From the NCBI GenBank assembly GCA_019244185.1, contig JAFATB010000006.1, positions 553,614-617,613 of the forward strand: a stretch of DNA of 64,000 nt, given 5' to 3'. A program made the translations under genes and the position numbers. The notes under the pieces are model-generated. The model did no database searches. It was not told the origin of the DNA and saw only the letters and a program-made list of their open reading frames with translations. This DNA is from Acidobacteriota bacterium (lineage in GTDB: Bacteria > Acidobacteriota > Thermoanaerobaculia > Gp7-AA8). Position 1 is the first letter of the stretch, and every line of letters begins with the position of its first letter. This document shows positions 50,829 to 61,238 of the stretch, in pieces.

Positions 50829-52987
50829 TTCAGCTCGTACGTGAATTTCTTGCCCGCGGCGTCGTAGTGCACGACCAGCCGGTGCGCGGCGCCGGGGAGG
50901 AAGCGCACGGCGGGAATCGTGTGCCGCTCCTGCACGCCCGCCGTCGGGACGCTGATCCAGATCTGCACGTCGGCGTTCTTCGACGGGAACGAATGCGTGA
51001 CGCTGATCGCGCGCGGCACGCGCGTCTTGCGGCGGAGGATGCGCGTCTGCCGCTCCTCGAAGAGCGTCTCGTTCGCGACGACGTCGCCGCCGGCGCGCAC
51101 GATGATCTGCCCGTCGGTGAACGGATGCGTGAAGACGGTCGTGAGCTGCGCGGGCTCGGTCGACACCGGGACGGCCGCGACGGGCGGCGCGGCGGACGCC
51201 GTCACCGCGGGGAGCGCGTGCGCCTGCTGCTGTTGCGCGCGGCGGGCGGCGCGCGCGTCGTCGATCTTCTGCTGTTCCTGCTGCGCGAGCCGCACGTATT
51301 CGGCCGCGGTCGGATCGGTCGGATTGATGGCCAGCGATTCCTGGAAGCGCGCGATCGCCTCCGGATACTTTTTCTGGCCGTAGAACGCCATCGCCTCGTC
51401 GAACTTCTGCTTCGCCTGCGCGAGCTGCTGCTTGCCGAGCTCCTCCTGCGTGCGGATGGCGTTGAGCTTCTCCATCATGCCGGTGGCGTACGGCGAGCGC
51501 GGCGCGAGGCGCGCGAGCTCGTCGAACTTCGCGTAGGCGTCGGTGACGCGTCCCTGCCGCAGCAGCGCGTTGCCGTCGCGGCGGAGCGCCTGCTCGCGCG
51601 CGACGCGCGCCGCGGCCGCGGCATCGACCGCCGGTACCGCCGCACGTTGCGCGCGCAGCGCCACGACCGCGCCCGCGAGCCCGACGATGAGCAGCGCCAC
51701 GATGGCGATGAACGCGATCGGCGGAATGCGCGTGCGCCACAGCGGCATCGCGCGCACGTTGGCGAGCGTCTTGTGCAGCTGCGGCGAGGCCGGCTGCGCG
51801 GCGGGCGCCGGAGTCTTCGTGCCCGTCTTCGCGGAGGCTGGAGCATTCGCGGCAGCGATCGCGCCGGTCGCCTTCGACAGCGGACGCGTGCTGCCGCCGA
51901 CTTCCGCCGGTGGCGCATCCGCCTCGGGGAACGGCACTTCCATCGTCGGCACCCGATCGCCTGCCGCGCCGGGACTCGTGGATGGATGCGCGACCGGGTG
52001 CGCCCCGCTCTGCCGCGCGAGATCCGCCGCGCGGTCCCGCGTCACGATCGTCTCCTCCGCCAGCATCGGATCGGAGACGCGCAGCGGCTTCTCGCCGCGG
52101 ATCACCATGCGCAGCGCGCTGGCGACGTCGCGCGCGCGCTGGTAGCGCTTCGCCGGGTCTTTGGCGAGGCAGTTCGCGACCACTTCCTCGTAGCCGTCGG
52201 GGATCTGCGGATTGATCTCGTGCAGCGGCGGGAACGGCTCGTGGACGATCTTGTACGAGATCGACGTCAGCGAGTCGCCGCCGAACGGCTTGCGCCGCGT
52301 GAGGCATTCGTAGAGACAGATGCCGAGGGAGAAGATGTCCGTGCGGCCGTCGACGGGAGCGCCTTTGATCTGCTCGGGCGCCATGTAGTTCGGCGTGCCG
52401 AGGAACTGGCCGGTGGAAGTGAGGTTCGCGCCGCCGGAGGCGATCTTGGCGATGCCGAAGTCGGTGATTTTCGCGCGCGTGCCGTCGAGGAGGATCACGT
52501 TCGCGGGCTTCACGTCGCGGTGGACGATGCCTTTCGCGTGCGCGAAGTCGAGCGCGTCGGCGACCTGGGCGATGATGTCGCCCATCTGCTCGAAGCTGAG
52601 CGTGCGTCCCTGCGCGAGCGCTTCCTTGAGGTTGTGGCCCTCGACGTACTCCATCGCGATGAAGGAGATGCCGCTGGCCTCGTCCTGTCCGATGTCATGC
52701 ACCGTGACGATGGACGGATGATTGAGGATGCCGGCCGCCTGCGCCTCGCGGATGAAGCGCTGCTGGAACTCCTTGGTCTCCTCGTCGTCGACGTGCGCGA
52801 CGGCGCGGATGGTCTTGAGCGCGACGAGCCGGCCGATGAGCGGGTCTTTCGCGAGGTAGACCACTCCCATCGCGCCCTTGCCCAACTCGCGAACGACTTC
52901 GTAGCGCCCGAGCTTCAAGTGAGGCGGCTCTCCGGAGGCAGATCGCTCGCGGGCTCCGGGGTCAGTGGGAGTCCCATAAGCCGTCAA
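50825..52987 (-). CDS. Hanks-type Ser/Thr protein kinase with TM and TPR-containing C-terminus
   Basis: LGKGAMGVVY, VALK, HRDVKPAN, DFGIAK, GTPNYMAPE. Confidence 0.93.
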   Translation of the reverse strand: MTAYGTPTDPGARERSASGEPPHLKLGRYEVVRELGKGAMGVVYLAKDPLIGRLVALKTIRAVAHVDDEETKEFQQRFIREAQAAGILNHPSIVTVHDIGQDEASGISFIAMEYVEGHNLKEALAQGRTLSFEQMGDIIAQVADALDFAHAKGIVHRDVKPANVILLDGTRAKITDFGIAKIASGGANLTSTGQFLGTPNYMAPEQIKGAPVDGRTDIFSLGICLYECLTRRKPFGGDSLTSISYKIVHEPFPPLHEINPQIPDGYEEVVANCLAKDPAKRYQRARDVASALRMVIRGEKPLRVSDPMLAEETIVTRDRAADLARQSGAHPVAHPSTSPGAAGDRVPTMEVPFPEADAPPAEVGGSTRPLSKATGAIAAANAPASAKTGTKTPAPAAQPASPQLHKTLANVRAMPLWRTRIPPIAFIAIVALLIVGLAGAVVALRAQRAAVPAVDAAAAARVAREQALRRDGNALLRQGRVTDAYAKFDELARLAPRSPYATGMMEKLNAIRTQEELGKQQLAQAKQKFDEAMAFYGQKKYPEAIARFQESLAINPTDPTAAEYVRLAQQEQQKIDDARAARRAQQQQAHALPAVTASAAPPVAAVPVSTEPAQLTTVFTHPFTDGQIIVRAGGDVVANETLFEERQTRILRRKTRVPRAISVTHSFPSKNADVQIWISVPTAGVQERHTIPAVRFLPGAAHRLVVHYDAAGKKFTYELN

Positions 52988-53099
52988 TCATAACTCCTGT
53001 ACCTGCAACGAACCCGCCTTCGCGACCGCCGCGCCGGGTGCGTCATTTTAGCTTTATGATGTCCGTCCTGTTTCGAAATCGCTTGACGGAGTCGTGCTG

Positions 53100-55202
53100 A
53101 TGAAGGTCTATTCCGGATCGGACATTCGCAACGTCGCGGTAGTCGGACACAACGACACGGGCAAGACCACGCTCGTTTCCCAGCTCCTCTTCGATGCCGG
53201 CGCGCTCACGCGCCAGGGACGCGTGGAAGACGGCACGACCGTCACCGACTTCGATCCCGACGAGATCGAGCGCAAGCACTCCATCTCCGCCGCGCTCGCG
53301 TTCGCGGAGTGGAAAGACACGAAGATCAATCTCATCGACACGCCGGGCTTCGGCATCTTCGTCATGGAAGCGCGCGGGGCGCTGCGCGTCGCCGACGCGG
53401 CGGCGGTGGTCGTCAGCGGCGTGACGGGCGTCGAGGTGACGACCGAGAAGGTCTGGAAATTCGCCGAGGAGTACGCGCTGCCGCGCATCCTCATCGTCAA
53501 CAAGATGGACCGCGACCGCGCGTCCGCCGCGCGCACGCTCGAGGCGCTGCAGAAGAAGTTCGGCAAGAACGTCGTGCCCATCCAGCTGCCGATCGGCGAG
53601 GAGAAGGACTTCTCCGGCATCGTCGACCTCGTGGCGATGAAGGCCTACCGCTATCACGCCGACGGCTCCGGCAAGTTCGACGCCATCGACATTCCGGCGG
53701 AGCTCAAAGCCGACGCCGACGCGTGGCGCGAGCGGCTCATCGAGAAGGTCGCCGAGGGCGACGACACGCTGATGGAGCGCTTCTTCGAACAGGGCGGCCT
53801 GTCGCAGGAAGAGCTGCTCGACGGTCTGCGGCGCGAGGTCGCGCATCATCAGATCTATCCGGTGCTGTTCACGTCCGCCTCGCACAACATGGGCGGCCAC
53901 GCGGTGCTCGACGCGTTCGTGTCGATGCTGCCGTCGGCGGCGGAGGCGAAGACGATCGAGGGCAAGGACCGCAAGGGGGAGACGATCACGTTCGACCGGC
54001 GCCCCGAGGCGTTCCCCGGCGCGCTCGTGTTCAAGACGTTCTCCGATCCGTTCTCCGGACGCGTGTCGCTGTTCCGCATCTATTCGGGCACGCTGCAGTC
54101 CGACCACGCGTACTGGAACACGGCCCGCGATCACGAGGAGCGGGTCGGCAAGCTGCAGGTGCTGCAGGGCAAGCAGCAGATCCCGGTGCCGGAGCTGCGC
54201 GCGGGCGACATCGGCGCGGTGGCGAAGCTCAAAGACACGTTCACCGGCGACACGCTCGCGGCCAAAGACCACGCCATCGTCTTCGAGCACATCCGCTATC
54301 CGGAGGCGGCGATCGCGTTCGCCGTCGAGCCGAAGGCGCGCGGCGACGAGGACAAGCTCGGCGCGGCCATCCACCGCATCATCGAAGAAGATCCGACCAT
54401 CAAGTTCGCGCGCGACGAGCAGACCAAAGAGTTCCTCATCAGCGGCCAGGGGCAGCTGCACGTCGAGATCGTCGTGGCCAAGCTGAAGAAGAAGTACAAC
54501 GTGGACGTGGTGCTGCATCCGCCGAAGGTGCCGTACCGCGAGACGATCACGAAGCCGGCCGACGCGCACGGACGCCACAAGAAGCAGTCCGGCGGCCACG
54601 GGCAGTTCGCCGACTGCAAGATCACGATGGAGCCGCTGCCGCGCGGCGCCGACTTCGAATTCGTCGACGAGATCTTCGGCGGCGCGATCCCGCGGCAGTA
54701 CATCCCGGCGGTGGAGAAGGGCATTCAGGACGCGCGCGTGAAGGGCTACCTGGCCGGCTTCCCGGTGGTCGACTTCCGGGTGCGCCTCAAGGACGGTCAG
54801 TACCACGACGTCGACTCGTCCGAGATGGCGTTCAAGATCGCCGGCTCGCTGGCGTTCCAGCAGGCCATGGAGCTGGCCCGCCCGACGCTGCTCGAGCCGA
54901 TCATGCACGTCGACATCACCGCGCCGTCCGAGTACGTGGGCGACATCATGGGCGACCTCAACTCCCGCCGCGGCCGCGTGGAAGGCGTCGACGCGGAAGA
55001 GGAGACGCAGGTCGTGCACGCGCGCGTGCCGCTCGCGGAGATGCTGACCTACGGCTCGACGCTCCGCTCCATCACCCAGGGCCGCGGCAGCTTCCACATG
55101 GAGTACTCCCACTACGAGGAAGTGCCGAAGCAGCTGCAGGAAAAGATCATCACGGAGTCGAAGAAGGCAAAGGAAGCGCAGGCGGCGGCGCACGCGCACT
55201 GA
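53100..55202 (+). CDS. fusA: Elongation factor G (stand-alone, EF-G2-like paralog)
   Basis: GHNDTGKTT, DTPG, NKMD, YRETI, KKQSGGHGQF, YHDVDSSEMAF, LRSITQGRG; not in the str operon. Confidence 0.9.
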   Translation: MKVYSGSDIRNVAVVGHNDTGKTTLVSQLLFDAGALTRQGRVEDGTTVTDFDPDEIERKHSISAALAFAEWKDTKINLIDTPGFGIFVMEARGALRVADAAAVVVSGVTGVEVTTEKVWKFAEEYALPRILIVNKMDRDRASAARTLEALQKKFGKNVVPIQLPIGEEKDFSGIVDLVAMKAYRYHADGSGKFDAIDIPAELKADADAWRERLIEKVAEGDDTLMERFFEQGGLSQEELLDGLRREVAHHQIYPVLFTSASHNMGGHAVLDAFVSMLPSAAEAKTIEGKDRKGETITFDRRPEAFPGALVFKTFSDPFSGRVSLFRIYSGTLQSDHAYWNTARDHEERVGKLQVLQGKQQIPVPELRAGDIGAVAKLKDTFTGDTLAAKDHAIVFEHIRYPEAAIAFAVEPKARGDEDKLGAAIHRIIEEDPTIKFARDEQTKEFLISGQGQLHVEIVVAKLKKKYNVDVVLHPPKVPYRETITKPADAHGRHKKQSGGHGQFADCKITMEPLPRGADFEFVDEIFGGAIPRQYIPAVEKGIQDARVKGYLAGFPVVDFRVRLKDGQYHDVDSSEMAFKIAGSLAFQQAMELARPTLLEPIMHVDITAPSEYVGDIMGDLNSRRGRVEGVDAEEETQVVHARVPLAEMLTYGSTLRSITQGRGSFHMEYSHYEEVPKQLQEKIITESKKAKEAQAAAHAH

Positions 55203-55356
55203 CGATTGGGGACGTCAGCAGCGGCATCCATGCCGTTGCCTGGCGACATGAAAGACGCTTTTGCGTTCCTTACCGTCATTCGTGCCGGTTCCTGCGTCAA
55301 CAATCCCGCACGACTGCCCTGCCGTGCGCGCCGCGCGCTGCGTAGTCTCGTGAGCG

Positions 55357-56103
55357 ATGGATTTCAACGAGCGGCTGCGCAACCTGCTCGCCGAACGGCG
55401 GCTGACGCAGGACCAGGCCGCCGAGCTCACGGGAATTCCGGATGAGACCATCGGCCGCCTCGTGCGCGGCGTGACGAAGAATCCCACCATCGACACGGTC
55501 GTCAAACTCGCCGCCGGTCTCGACGTGACCGTCGGCTGGCTCCTCGGCGAGAAAGGCTTCGAATTCTCGCCCGAAGATCGCATGGAACTGCGGCGGTTCA
55601 TCGAGTGGGCGGACGCGATTCTCAAAGCGACGCAGCCGGAGAAGACCGGCCTGCAGACTTCGAACGTTTCGCCCGTGGCGCTCGGCCGCAAGCCGCCGGT
55701 CCGCACGCCGCGCCGCGGCCGCGCGACGCCGGTCTCCGCGTCCGACTGGCGCGAGACCTTCGGCGACCGGCGCGAGGAGCTCGAGGTCGACATTCCGCAG
55801 CAGTTCGTCACGCGCGGCGCAACGCTCGTCTTCCGCGCGGAAGGCGACTCGATGATCGGCGAGCACATCGCCGACGGCGACCTGCTCTACGTCATCGAAG
55901 AAGGCGATCCGCGCCGCGCACGTGGACGCATCGTCGTCTGCGTCGTCGACGGCACGCCCTACGTGAAGCGGCTCGACTTCGCGGGAAGGAAGATCCGCCT
56001 CGTCAGCGCAAACGAGCGCTTCGCGCCGATGGTGTTCGACGAGAACAGCGTCGCGTGGACGCTCGTCGGTATCGTGGCCGGCTCGTCGCACGATCTGCGC
56101 TGA
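55357..56103 (+). CDS. XRE HTH + S24 peptidase (LexA/CI-like) regulator
   Basis: LTQDQAAELTGI HTH; EGDSM, YVKRL, LVSAN. Confidence 0.85.
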   Translation: MDFNERLRNLLAERRLTQDQAAELTGIPDETIGRLVRGVTKNPTIDTVVKLAAGLDVTVGWLLGEKGFEFSPEDRMELRRFIEWADAILKATQPEKTGLQTSNVSPVALGRKPPVRTPRRGRATPVSASDWRETFGDRREELEVDIPQQFVTRGATLVFRAEGDSMIGEHIADGDLLYVIEEGDPRRARGRIVVCVVDGTPYVKRLDFAGRKIRLVSANERFAPMVFDENSVAWTLVGIVAGSSHDLR

Positions 56104-56117
56104 ATGCGCGCTCCTCG

Positions 56118-56933
56118 TCAGAACAGCGACCGCTGTCCCCGCAGCGACTCCGGGTCCACCGGCTGCTGCCCGAGCAGGCGCTGCATTTCGCGCGCGTTGG
56201 CGGGGCTGTGGCCGGCGAAGTGGTTGTTGAAGAAGCCGTAGATCTCTTTCGTGTTCGCGACGCGCTTCAGGACCTCGGCCCAGGCGCGGATCTCTTCGGA
56301 GCGGTCGAACTGGATGCGGGAGTAGTCGGTGATCTCGCGGTCGGGGCCCATCCAGCGGATGTACAGAAAGTCCGCGGTCGGACGCTCGGCGAGCTCCAGC
56401 ATCGTCTCGCGGCGGATCCAGCGGCCGTCGCTCAGCGCGAGGGCGACGCCGTGCGTGCCGAGGACGTCGAGGAGATGGGGCAGCACGTCGGAGCGCATCC
56501 AGCGGCTCTGGCGCACTTCGACGGCGAAGCGCAGCTCGCGCGGCAGCGCGCGGAGGAAGGCCTCGAGCGCGGGCAGCTCGTCGGGCGCGAAGTCGGGACC
56601 CATCTGCAAGAGGATCGGACCGAGTTTCGTCTCGAGCTCGCAGGCGCGATCGAGAAACTCGCGCACGAGCGCGTCCGCGTTCTTCAGCCGCAGCTCGTGC
56701 GTCACGTCCTTCGGCATCTTCAGCGCGAAGGTGAAGCCGTCCGGCGTGCGCTCGCGCCACGCGCGCACCGCGCGCGCATCGGGAATCGCGTAGAACGACG
56801 AGTCGACTTCGACGCCGCGGAACATGCGCGCGTACGTGGTCAGAAACTCGGCCGCGCGCGTGCCGGGCGGATAGAACGGCCCGACCCAGGCCGCGTAGTT
56901 CCAGCCCTGCGTGGCGATGAGAGGCGCGCTCAC
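56118..56933 (-). CDS. DUF72 family protein
   Basis: QGWNYAAWVGPFYP, VEVDSSFY, AVEVR, YGFFNNHFAG. Confidence 0.9.
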   Translation of the reverse strand: MSAPLIATQGWNYAAWVGPFYPPGTRAAEFLTTYARMFRGVEVDSSFYAIPDARAVRAWRERTPDGFTFALKMPKDVTHELRLKNADALVREFLDRACELETKLGPILLQMGPDFAPDELPALEAFLRALPRELRFAVEVRQSRWMRSDVLPHLLDVLGTHGVALALSDGRWIRRETMLELAERPTADFLYIRWMGPDREITDYSRIQFDRSEEIRAWAEVLKRVANTKEIYGFFNNHFAGHSPANAREMQRLLGQQPVDPESLRGQRSLF

Positions 56934-57532
56934 TCGAGCTTCGCGTTGATGCGCGCGATGTCCTGCTTCGCGTCCTCGGCCGCGGTGACGACGAACGTGC
57001 GCGTCTTGCCGCCCGGCGCGACGAGCCTGATGTTGTAGCTCCCCGCCTCCGCGAAGTCGTAGACCTCGTCCATCGTGTTGAACTGCCGCACGGGACCGAT
57101 GGGCAGCTCGTTGACGTAGACCATCGTGTCGTCCGGCAACACGTTGAAGACGACGCCGCGGCGCGCCCAGATGCGCACCGTGGCCTCGACGCCGCTCGCG
57201 TTTCCGGTGACGACCGCGCGCGACGGTCCCTCGATAGGCGCGTTTGCCTCGGGCGTGTTCTCGCCGGCGTCGCCGTGAAACACGAGCGACGCGCCAGCGC
57301 CGGGCTCGCCGGGCGGCGCGGGGGCGGTGGTGCGCGGACGGGTGGTGTGCGTGGCCGGCTTCACCATGCCGACGAGCGTCTCGTCGTCATCGTGATAGCG
57401 CAGCCCGGTCAGCACCGCGAGCGCCGCGAGCACGACCAGCAAACCGCCGATGAGCATCGGGACCCAGCGCGGCATCGGCGCGGAGTCGGCCGGCGGCTCG
57501 CCGGATTGCGGATCAGGAACCGGCTCCGTCAT
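56930..57532 (-). CDS. Hypothetical single-TM protein with PEGA-like C-terminus
   Basis: One TM, Pro-rich linker, beta-rich tail; lies in an operon. Confidence 0.6.
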   Translation of the reverse strand: MTEPVPDPQSGEPPADSAPMPRWVPMLIGGLLVVLAALAVLTGLRYHDDDETLVGMVKPATHTTRPRTTAPAPPGEPGAGASLVFHGDAGENTPEANAPIEGPSRAVVTGNASGVEATVRIWARRGVVFNVLPDDTMVYVNELPIGPVRQFNTMDEVYDFAEAGSYNIRLVAPGGKTRTFVVTAAEDAKQDIARINAKLE

Positions 57533-57890
57533 CGTCTTCCGCCTGCGCGTTCTCGTCGACTTCGGCCGGACCCTCGTCGGTGACGAGCGTCTCGTCGTCA
57601 TCGTCGAGATTGCGATACTCGATGTCGCGCTGGCGCAGCAGCTCGAGCGCGCGCGCCTCGTCCTCCGCGCCGACGTAAATGCGGATGTCGCCCATCGTGC
57701 CGAAGTTGATCGGCTCCATGCTGAACTTCACGTTCTCGATCTGCGCGGGAATCCCCTCGGCCTCGAGGAATCCCTGCAGCAGCCGCGCCTCGTCGTCAGT
57801 GCCGCTGCTGGCGATCTCGACCCAGGTCGTTCCTCCCTCGGCGGGCACCGTGTTCACGCTGTCGGGAAACCCCTGATTCGAATCGGCCAT
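57513..57890 (-). CDS. DUF2007-like putative signal transducing protein
   Basis: EARLLQGFLEAEGIPA...IRIYV..ED..RALELL. Confidence 0.75.
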   Translation of the reverse strand: MADSNQGFPDSVNTVPAEGGTTWVEIASSGTDDEARLLQGFLEAEGIPAQIENVKFSMEPINFGTMGDIRIYVGAEDEARALELLRQRDIEYRNLDDDDETLVTDEGPAEVDENAQAEDDDGAGS

Positions 57891-57901
57891 TCGGATGCTC
57901 C

Positions 57902-58963
57902 TTACGCTTCCACAGTAATCCGGCCGCGATCGGCCGTCATCGTTCCGATCTTTGCATAGAACAGGCCGCTCTCGTCGAACGCACTCGCCAGCGCCGCCGC
58001 GCGCTCTGGCGCGACCGCGATGAGCAGGCCGCCCGAGGTCTGCGCGTCACAGAACAAATCGAACTCCGAGTCGGGCACGCGCAACTCGACGCGCTCGCGG
58101 AAGTTCTTCGCGTTGCGCTTCGTGCCCCCGGAGCAGAAGCCGAGCGCGAGGAACTCGCGCGCGCCGGCGAGCACCGGCACGTCGCTGGCGCGGATGGTCG
58201 CGCCCACGCCCGCGCCCTCGCACATCTCGAGCAGATGGCCGATGAGACCGTAGCCGGTGACGTCGGTGGCCGCGTCGACGCCGACGCTCACCATCACACG
58301 CGCCGCATCGCGGTTGAGCATGGTCATCCAGCGCGTGGCCTCGTCGAGCAGCGGCTCGCTGGAAACGTTGCGCTGCTGCCACGTGCGATGCGCGTTGACG
58401 AGAATCCCGTTGCCGATCGGCTTCGTGAGAAACAGCACGTCGCCGGCGCGGCCCGTGGAGTTGCGCACGAGCTTCTCCGCGGAGACGATGCCTGTCACCG
58501 CCAGTCCGTACTTCGGGACGTCGTCGATGATGGTGTGCCCGCCCGCCACCGCAAATCCCGCCTCGGCCGCTTTGTCCGCGCCGCCGCGCAGGATCTCCGT
58601 CAGCACGTCGAGCGGCAGCTTGTCGGTCGGGAAGCCGGCGATGGCCAAGCCCAAAATCGGCGTCGCGCCCATCGCGTAGATGTCGGAGATGGAGTTGGCC
58701 GCGGCGATCTGGCCGAATAGGTACGGGTCGTCGACGATGGGCGTGAAGAAGTCGACGGTCTGCGCGATCGCGGTGTCGCCGACGATGCGCAGCACCGCGG
58801 CGTCGTCGGAGGTCGCCGTTCCGACAAGAAGATCCCCGACCCCTTCGCGTGAGGGGAGCTTCGCCAGAACGGAACGCAGGTCATCCTGACCCAGCTTGCA
58901 GGCTCAACCGCCGGTCGTCGCGAACGACGAGAGCGGCGGATACCGCGCGATGGCGTGCTTCAC
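57902..58963 (-). CDS. selD: Selenophosphate synthetase, selenocysteine-containing
   Basis: GTG 58963, then TTGG-(TGA at 58904-58906)-ACKLG in frame with SDDAAV, TVDFFTPIVDDP, AANSISDIYAMG, TDVTGYGL and DAQTSGGLL. Confidence 0.93.
58878..58892 (-). promoter_or_regulatory. Candidate bacterial SECIS hairpin
   Basis: GGGTCA-GGA-TGACCT; loop begins 17 nt after the UGA. Confidence 0.6.
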
Positions 58964-59235
58964 GAGACGATCTTATCGTCTTCGCCGAGGACTGCCGCAC
59001 GCGCCGCGGTGACCGCGTCGAGAACTTCCTGGTAAAGCTCGTAGCGCGCGTTCTCGCTGAGCTGCACCTGCGCGCTCACGATCTCGGCGATCTGCGACGC
59101 GTAATGCGACGGCACGGGCAGTCGCACGCCGGACAGGTGCATGTCGCGGAAGCCGATCTTCAGCTCCGCTTCGAGCTTGCGGCGAAAGGCGCCGTCGAAG
59201 ATGTCGCGTTCGAGCGCGGCGTAGTCGATGTTCAT
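58960..59235 (-). CDS. Hypothetical protein
   Basis: 91-aa ORF coupled to both neighbours by 4-nt overlaps. Confidence 0.7.
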   Translation of the reverse strand: MNIDYAALERDIFDGAFRRKLEAELKIGFRDMHLSGVRLPVPSHYASQIAEIVSAQVQLSENARYELYQEVLDAVTAARAAVLGEDDKIVS

Positions 59236-60359
59236 GATTTGGCGGTGTACTTCGCAGTCACGATATTACCCGCGCGCGCGACGTGCGCGTCGACGTTGCG
59301 CCTGGCGAGGAACGCCGCGTACGCCTCCGCGAACGCGGCGGCGCGCTCGGGCGACTCCCACTTCGTGGTCACGTCGACGCGGCCGTCTTTGTACACGACC
59401 GCGCGGTCGTTGACCCAGCCGCGCGAAGCATCGGGGCCGACCAGAAAACGCCAGTGAAACTCGCCGAGGTGCTCGGCGGAGATCGCGCCGTCGGGATGCG
59501 AGGTGTCGAAGGACTCGGGCTTGAATGTCTGCGCGAAGTAGTCGTCGGGATGCAGGATCTGGCGCGTGGTCAGCGGCGGGCGCGCGTGCACGGCGTCGAG
59601 CGCTTTCCAGCCGCCGCGGCGATACGCCTCGACGACGAACTTCAATCCTTCGAGGTACGGAAACTTCAGCATCTCCGCGAAGTACTTCGGCGTCGACGGA
59701 TCGATCAGCTGCTCGGCCGCGGCGGACGAGCTGAGCATGGCCAGCATCTGGTCGTTCTTCATGATCTCGTCGAGATCGACGCCCGATTTCTGGAGCATGT
59801 GCGCGAGCATGACCAGCACGGCCTCGCCTTCGAGCACGGAGTGATACGCGAGCGCGGCGTCGCTGTCCTTCAGATACGCCTTCTCTTTTGCGGAGAGGCC
59901 GAAGTGCTGGTCCTGAATCGCGTGCGTGAGCTCGTGGACCATGACCATCTCTTCGAGCTGTTCGGGATCGACGAGCTGCTGCGTGCCGTCGGGAAGCTTC
60001 GGCAGCTGCTTGATGGAGTAGTAGACGTGCGCCTGCGCGTCGTAGAACGCGAGCACCTGCGATTCGTACAGCGAGAGCAGCTTCGGCATGAGCTGCTTCG
60101 GCTCGACGTCGACGAGCTGCAGCGCGCGCAGAATGCGGCCCCACTCGTCGAGCGAGTACGGCACCGACTGCGCCATCTGCTCCTGGAGTTTCGCGGAGAG
60201 CTCGCTGCGGTCGATGGTGACGTTGCGGACGGGATGGAGAAACTTGCGGCCGCGGATCTGCTCGACGGCCTTCATCCCCGGGTCGAGCGGCGAGGATGCC
60301 CACGCGCACGACGCCGCGAGAAAAACGAGCAGAAGGCGGGCCGAACGGAGCCGGATCAT
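59232..60359 (-). CDS. Secreted putative zinc metallopeptidase
   Basis: Signal peptide; LAFYD, HELTHAIQDQHF, EGEA, FPYLEG. Confidence 0.75.
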   Translation of the reverse strand: MIRLRSARLLLVFLAASCAWASSPLDPGMKAVEQIRGRKFLHPVRNVTIDRSELSAKLQEQMAQSVPYSLDEWGRILRALQLVDVEPKQLMPKLLSLYESQVLAFYDAQAHVYYSIKQLPKLPDGTQQLVDPEQLEEMVMVHELTHAIQDQHFGLSAKEKAYLKDSDAALAYHSVLEGEAVLVMLAHMLQKSGVDLDEIMKNDQMLAMLSSSAAAEQLIDPSTPKYFAEMLKFPYLEGLKFVVEAYRRGGWKALDAVHARPPLTTRQILHPDDYFAQTFKPESFDTSHPDGAISAEHLGEFHWRFLVGPDASRGWVNDRAVVYKDGRVDVTTKWESPERAAAFAEAYAAFLARRNVDAHVARAGNIVTAKYTAKS

Positions 60360-60424
60360 GGGCTGCGCAACGGCTCGTTTGCGCGACCCATTCCGTTCCC
60401 TTAGAATGCGCGGCGATTCAGTCC

Positions 60425-60880
60425 ATGCAACGCGGCGACAGCGAGCGTATCGAAATCACGATCAGCAGCCGCTTCGAGAACATCGAACTGGTACAAGTGA
60501 TCGCGGAGCACCTCTGCGAAAACGCGGGTGTGGACGAGGATGGGTCTCACTGGATCGGCATGGCGGTACGCGAAGCGGTCGCCAACGCCATCAAACACGG
60601 GAACAAACTGGACGTACACAAGAAGGTGAACGCCACCTTCGATCTCAACGGAGCGGAGCTGGAAATCACGATCTCGGATGAAGGCGCAGGCTTCGATCCG
60701 GAGAAAGTGAGCGACCCGCTCAATCCGCAGAACCTCATGAAAACGAGCGGCCGCGGCATCTTCTACATGAAAACTTTCATGGACCAGGTCACCTACTCGT
60801 TCCAGCCCGGCGGCGGCACGTCGCTGGTGATGACGAAGAACCTGACCGGCGGCAGCGGCATCGCCAGCACGAAAGCCTGA
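60425..60880 (+). CDS. Anti-sigma factor Ser/Thr kinase (RsbW-like)
   Basis: EAVANAIKHGN, DEGAGFD, GRGIFYM...MD. Confidence 0.9.
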   Translation: MQRGDSERIEITISSRFENIELVQVIAEHLCENAGVDEDGSHWIGMAVREAVANAIKHGNKLDVHKKVNATFDLNGAELEITISDEGAGFDPEKVSDPLNPQNLMKTSGRGIFYMKTFMDQVTYSFQPGGGTSLVMTKNLTGGSGIASTKA

Positions 60881-60902
60881 ACGATCGAGAAGGAGAAACG
60901 AA

Positions 60903-61238
60903 ATGAAAGCCACTACTCGCAGCGTCGACGGCGTCGAGATCATCAGCCTCGAGGGGAAGATCACGATCGGCTCCGGTGACACGCAACTGCGCGAGATCAT
61001 CAGCAACGCCATCAACTCCGGCAAGAACAAGATCCTGCTCGAGCTGAGCAAGGTCACGACGATCGACTCTTCCGGCATCGGCGAACTGGTCGGCTCCTAC
61101 ACCACCGTCACCAACCGCGGCGGAAAGCTCAAGCTCCTCCACCTCCCGGCCAAGCTCAACGAGCTCCTGCACGTGACGCAACTCATCACGGTGTTCGAGG
61201 TCTACGACAACGAACAGGAAGCCGTCTCCAGCTTTTAG
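60903..61238 (+). CDS. STAS anti-anti-sigma factor (RsbV-like)
   Basis: IDSSGIGELV; AGGAG RBS. Confidence 0.92.
   Translation: MKATTRSVDGVEIISLEGKITIGSGDTQLREIISNAINSGKNKILLELSKVTTIDSSGIGELVGSYTTVTNRGGKLKLLHLPAKLNELLHVTQLITVFEVYDNEQEAVSSF

Noticed and set aside
58904-58906. selD as a nonsense pseudogene
   Set aside because: The TGA sits at the catalytic Cys/Sec position with a downstream hairpin, so recoding is the better explanation
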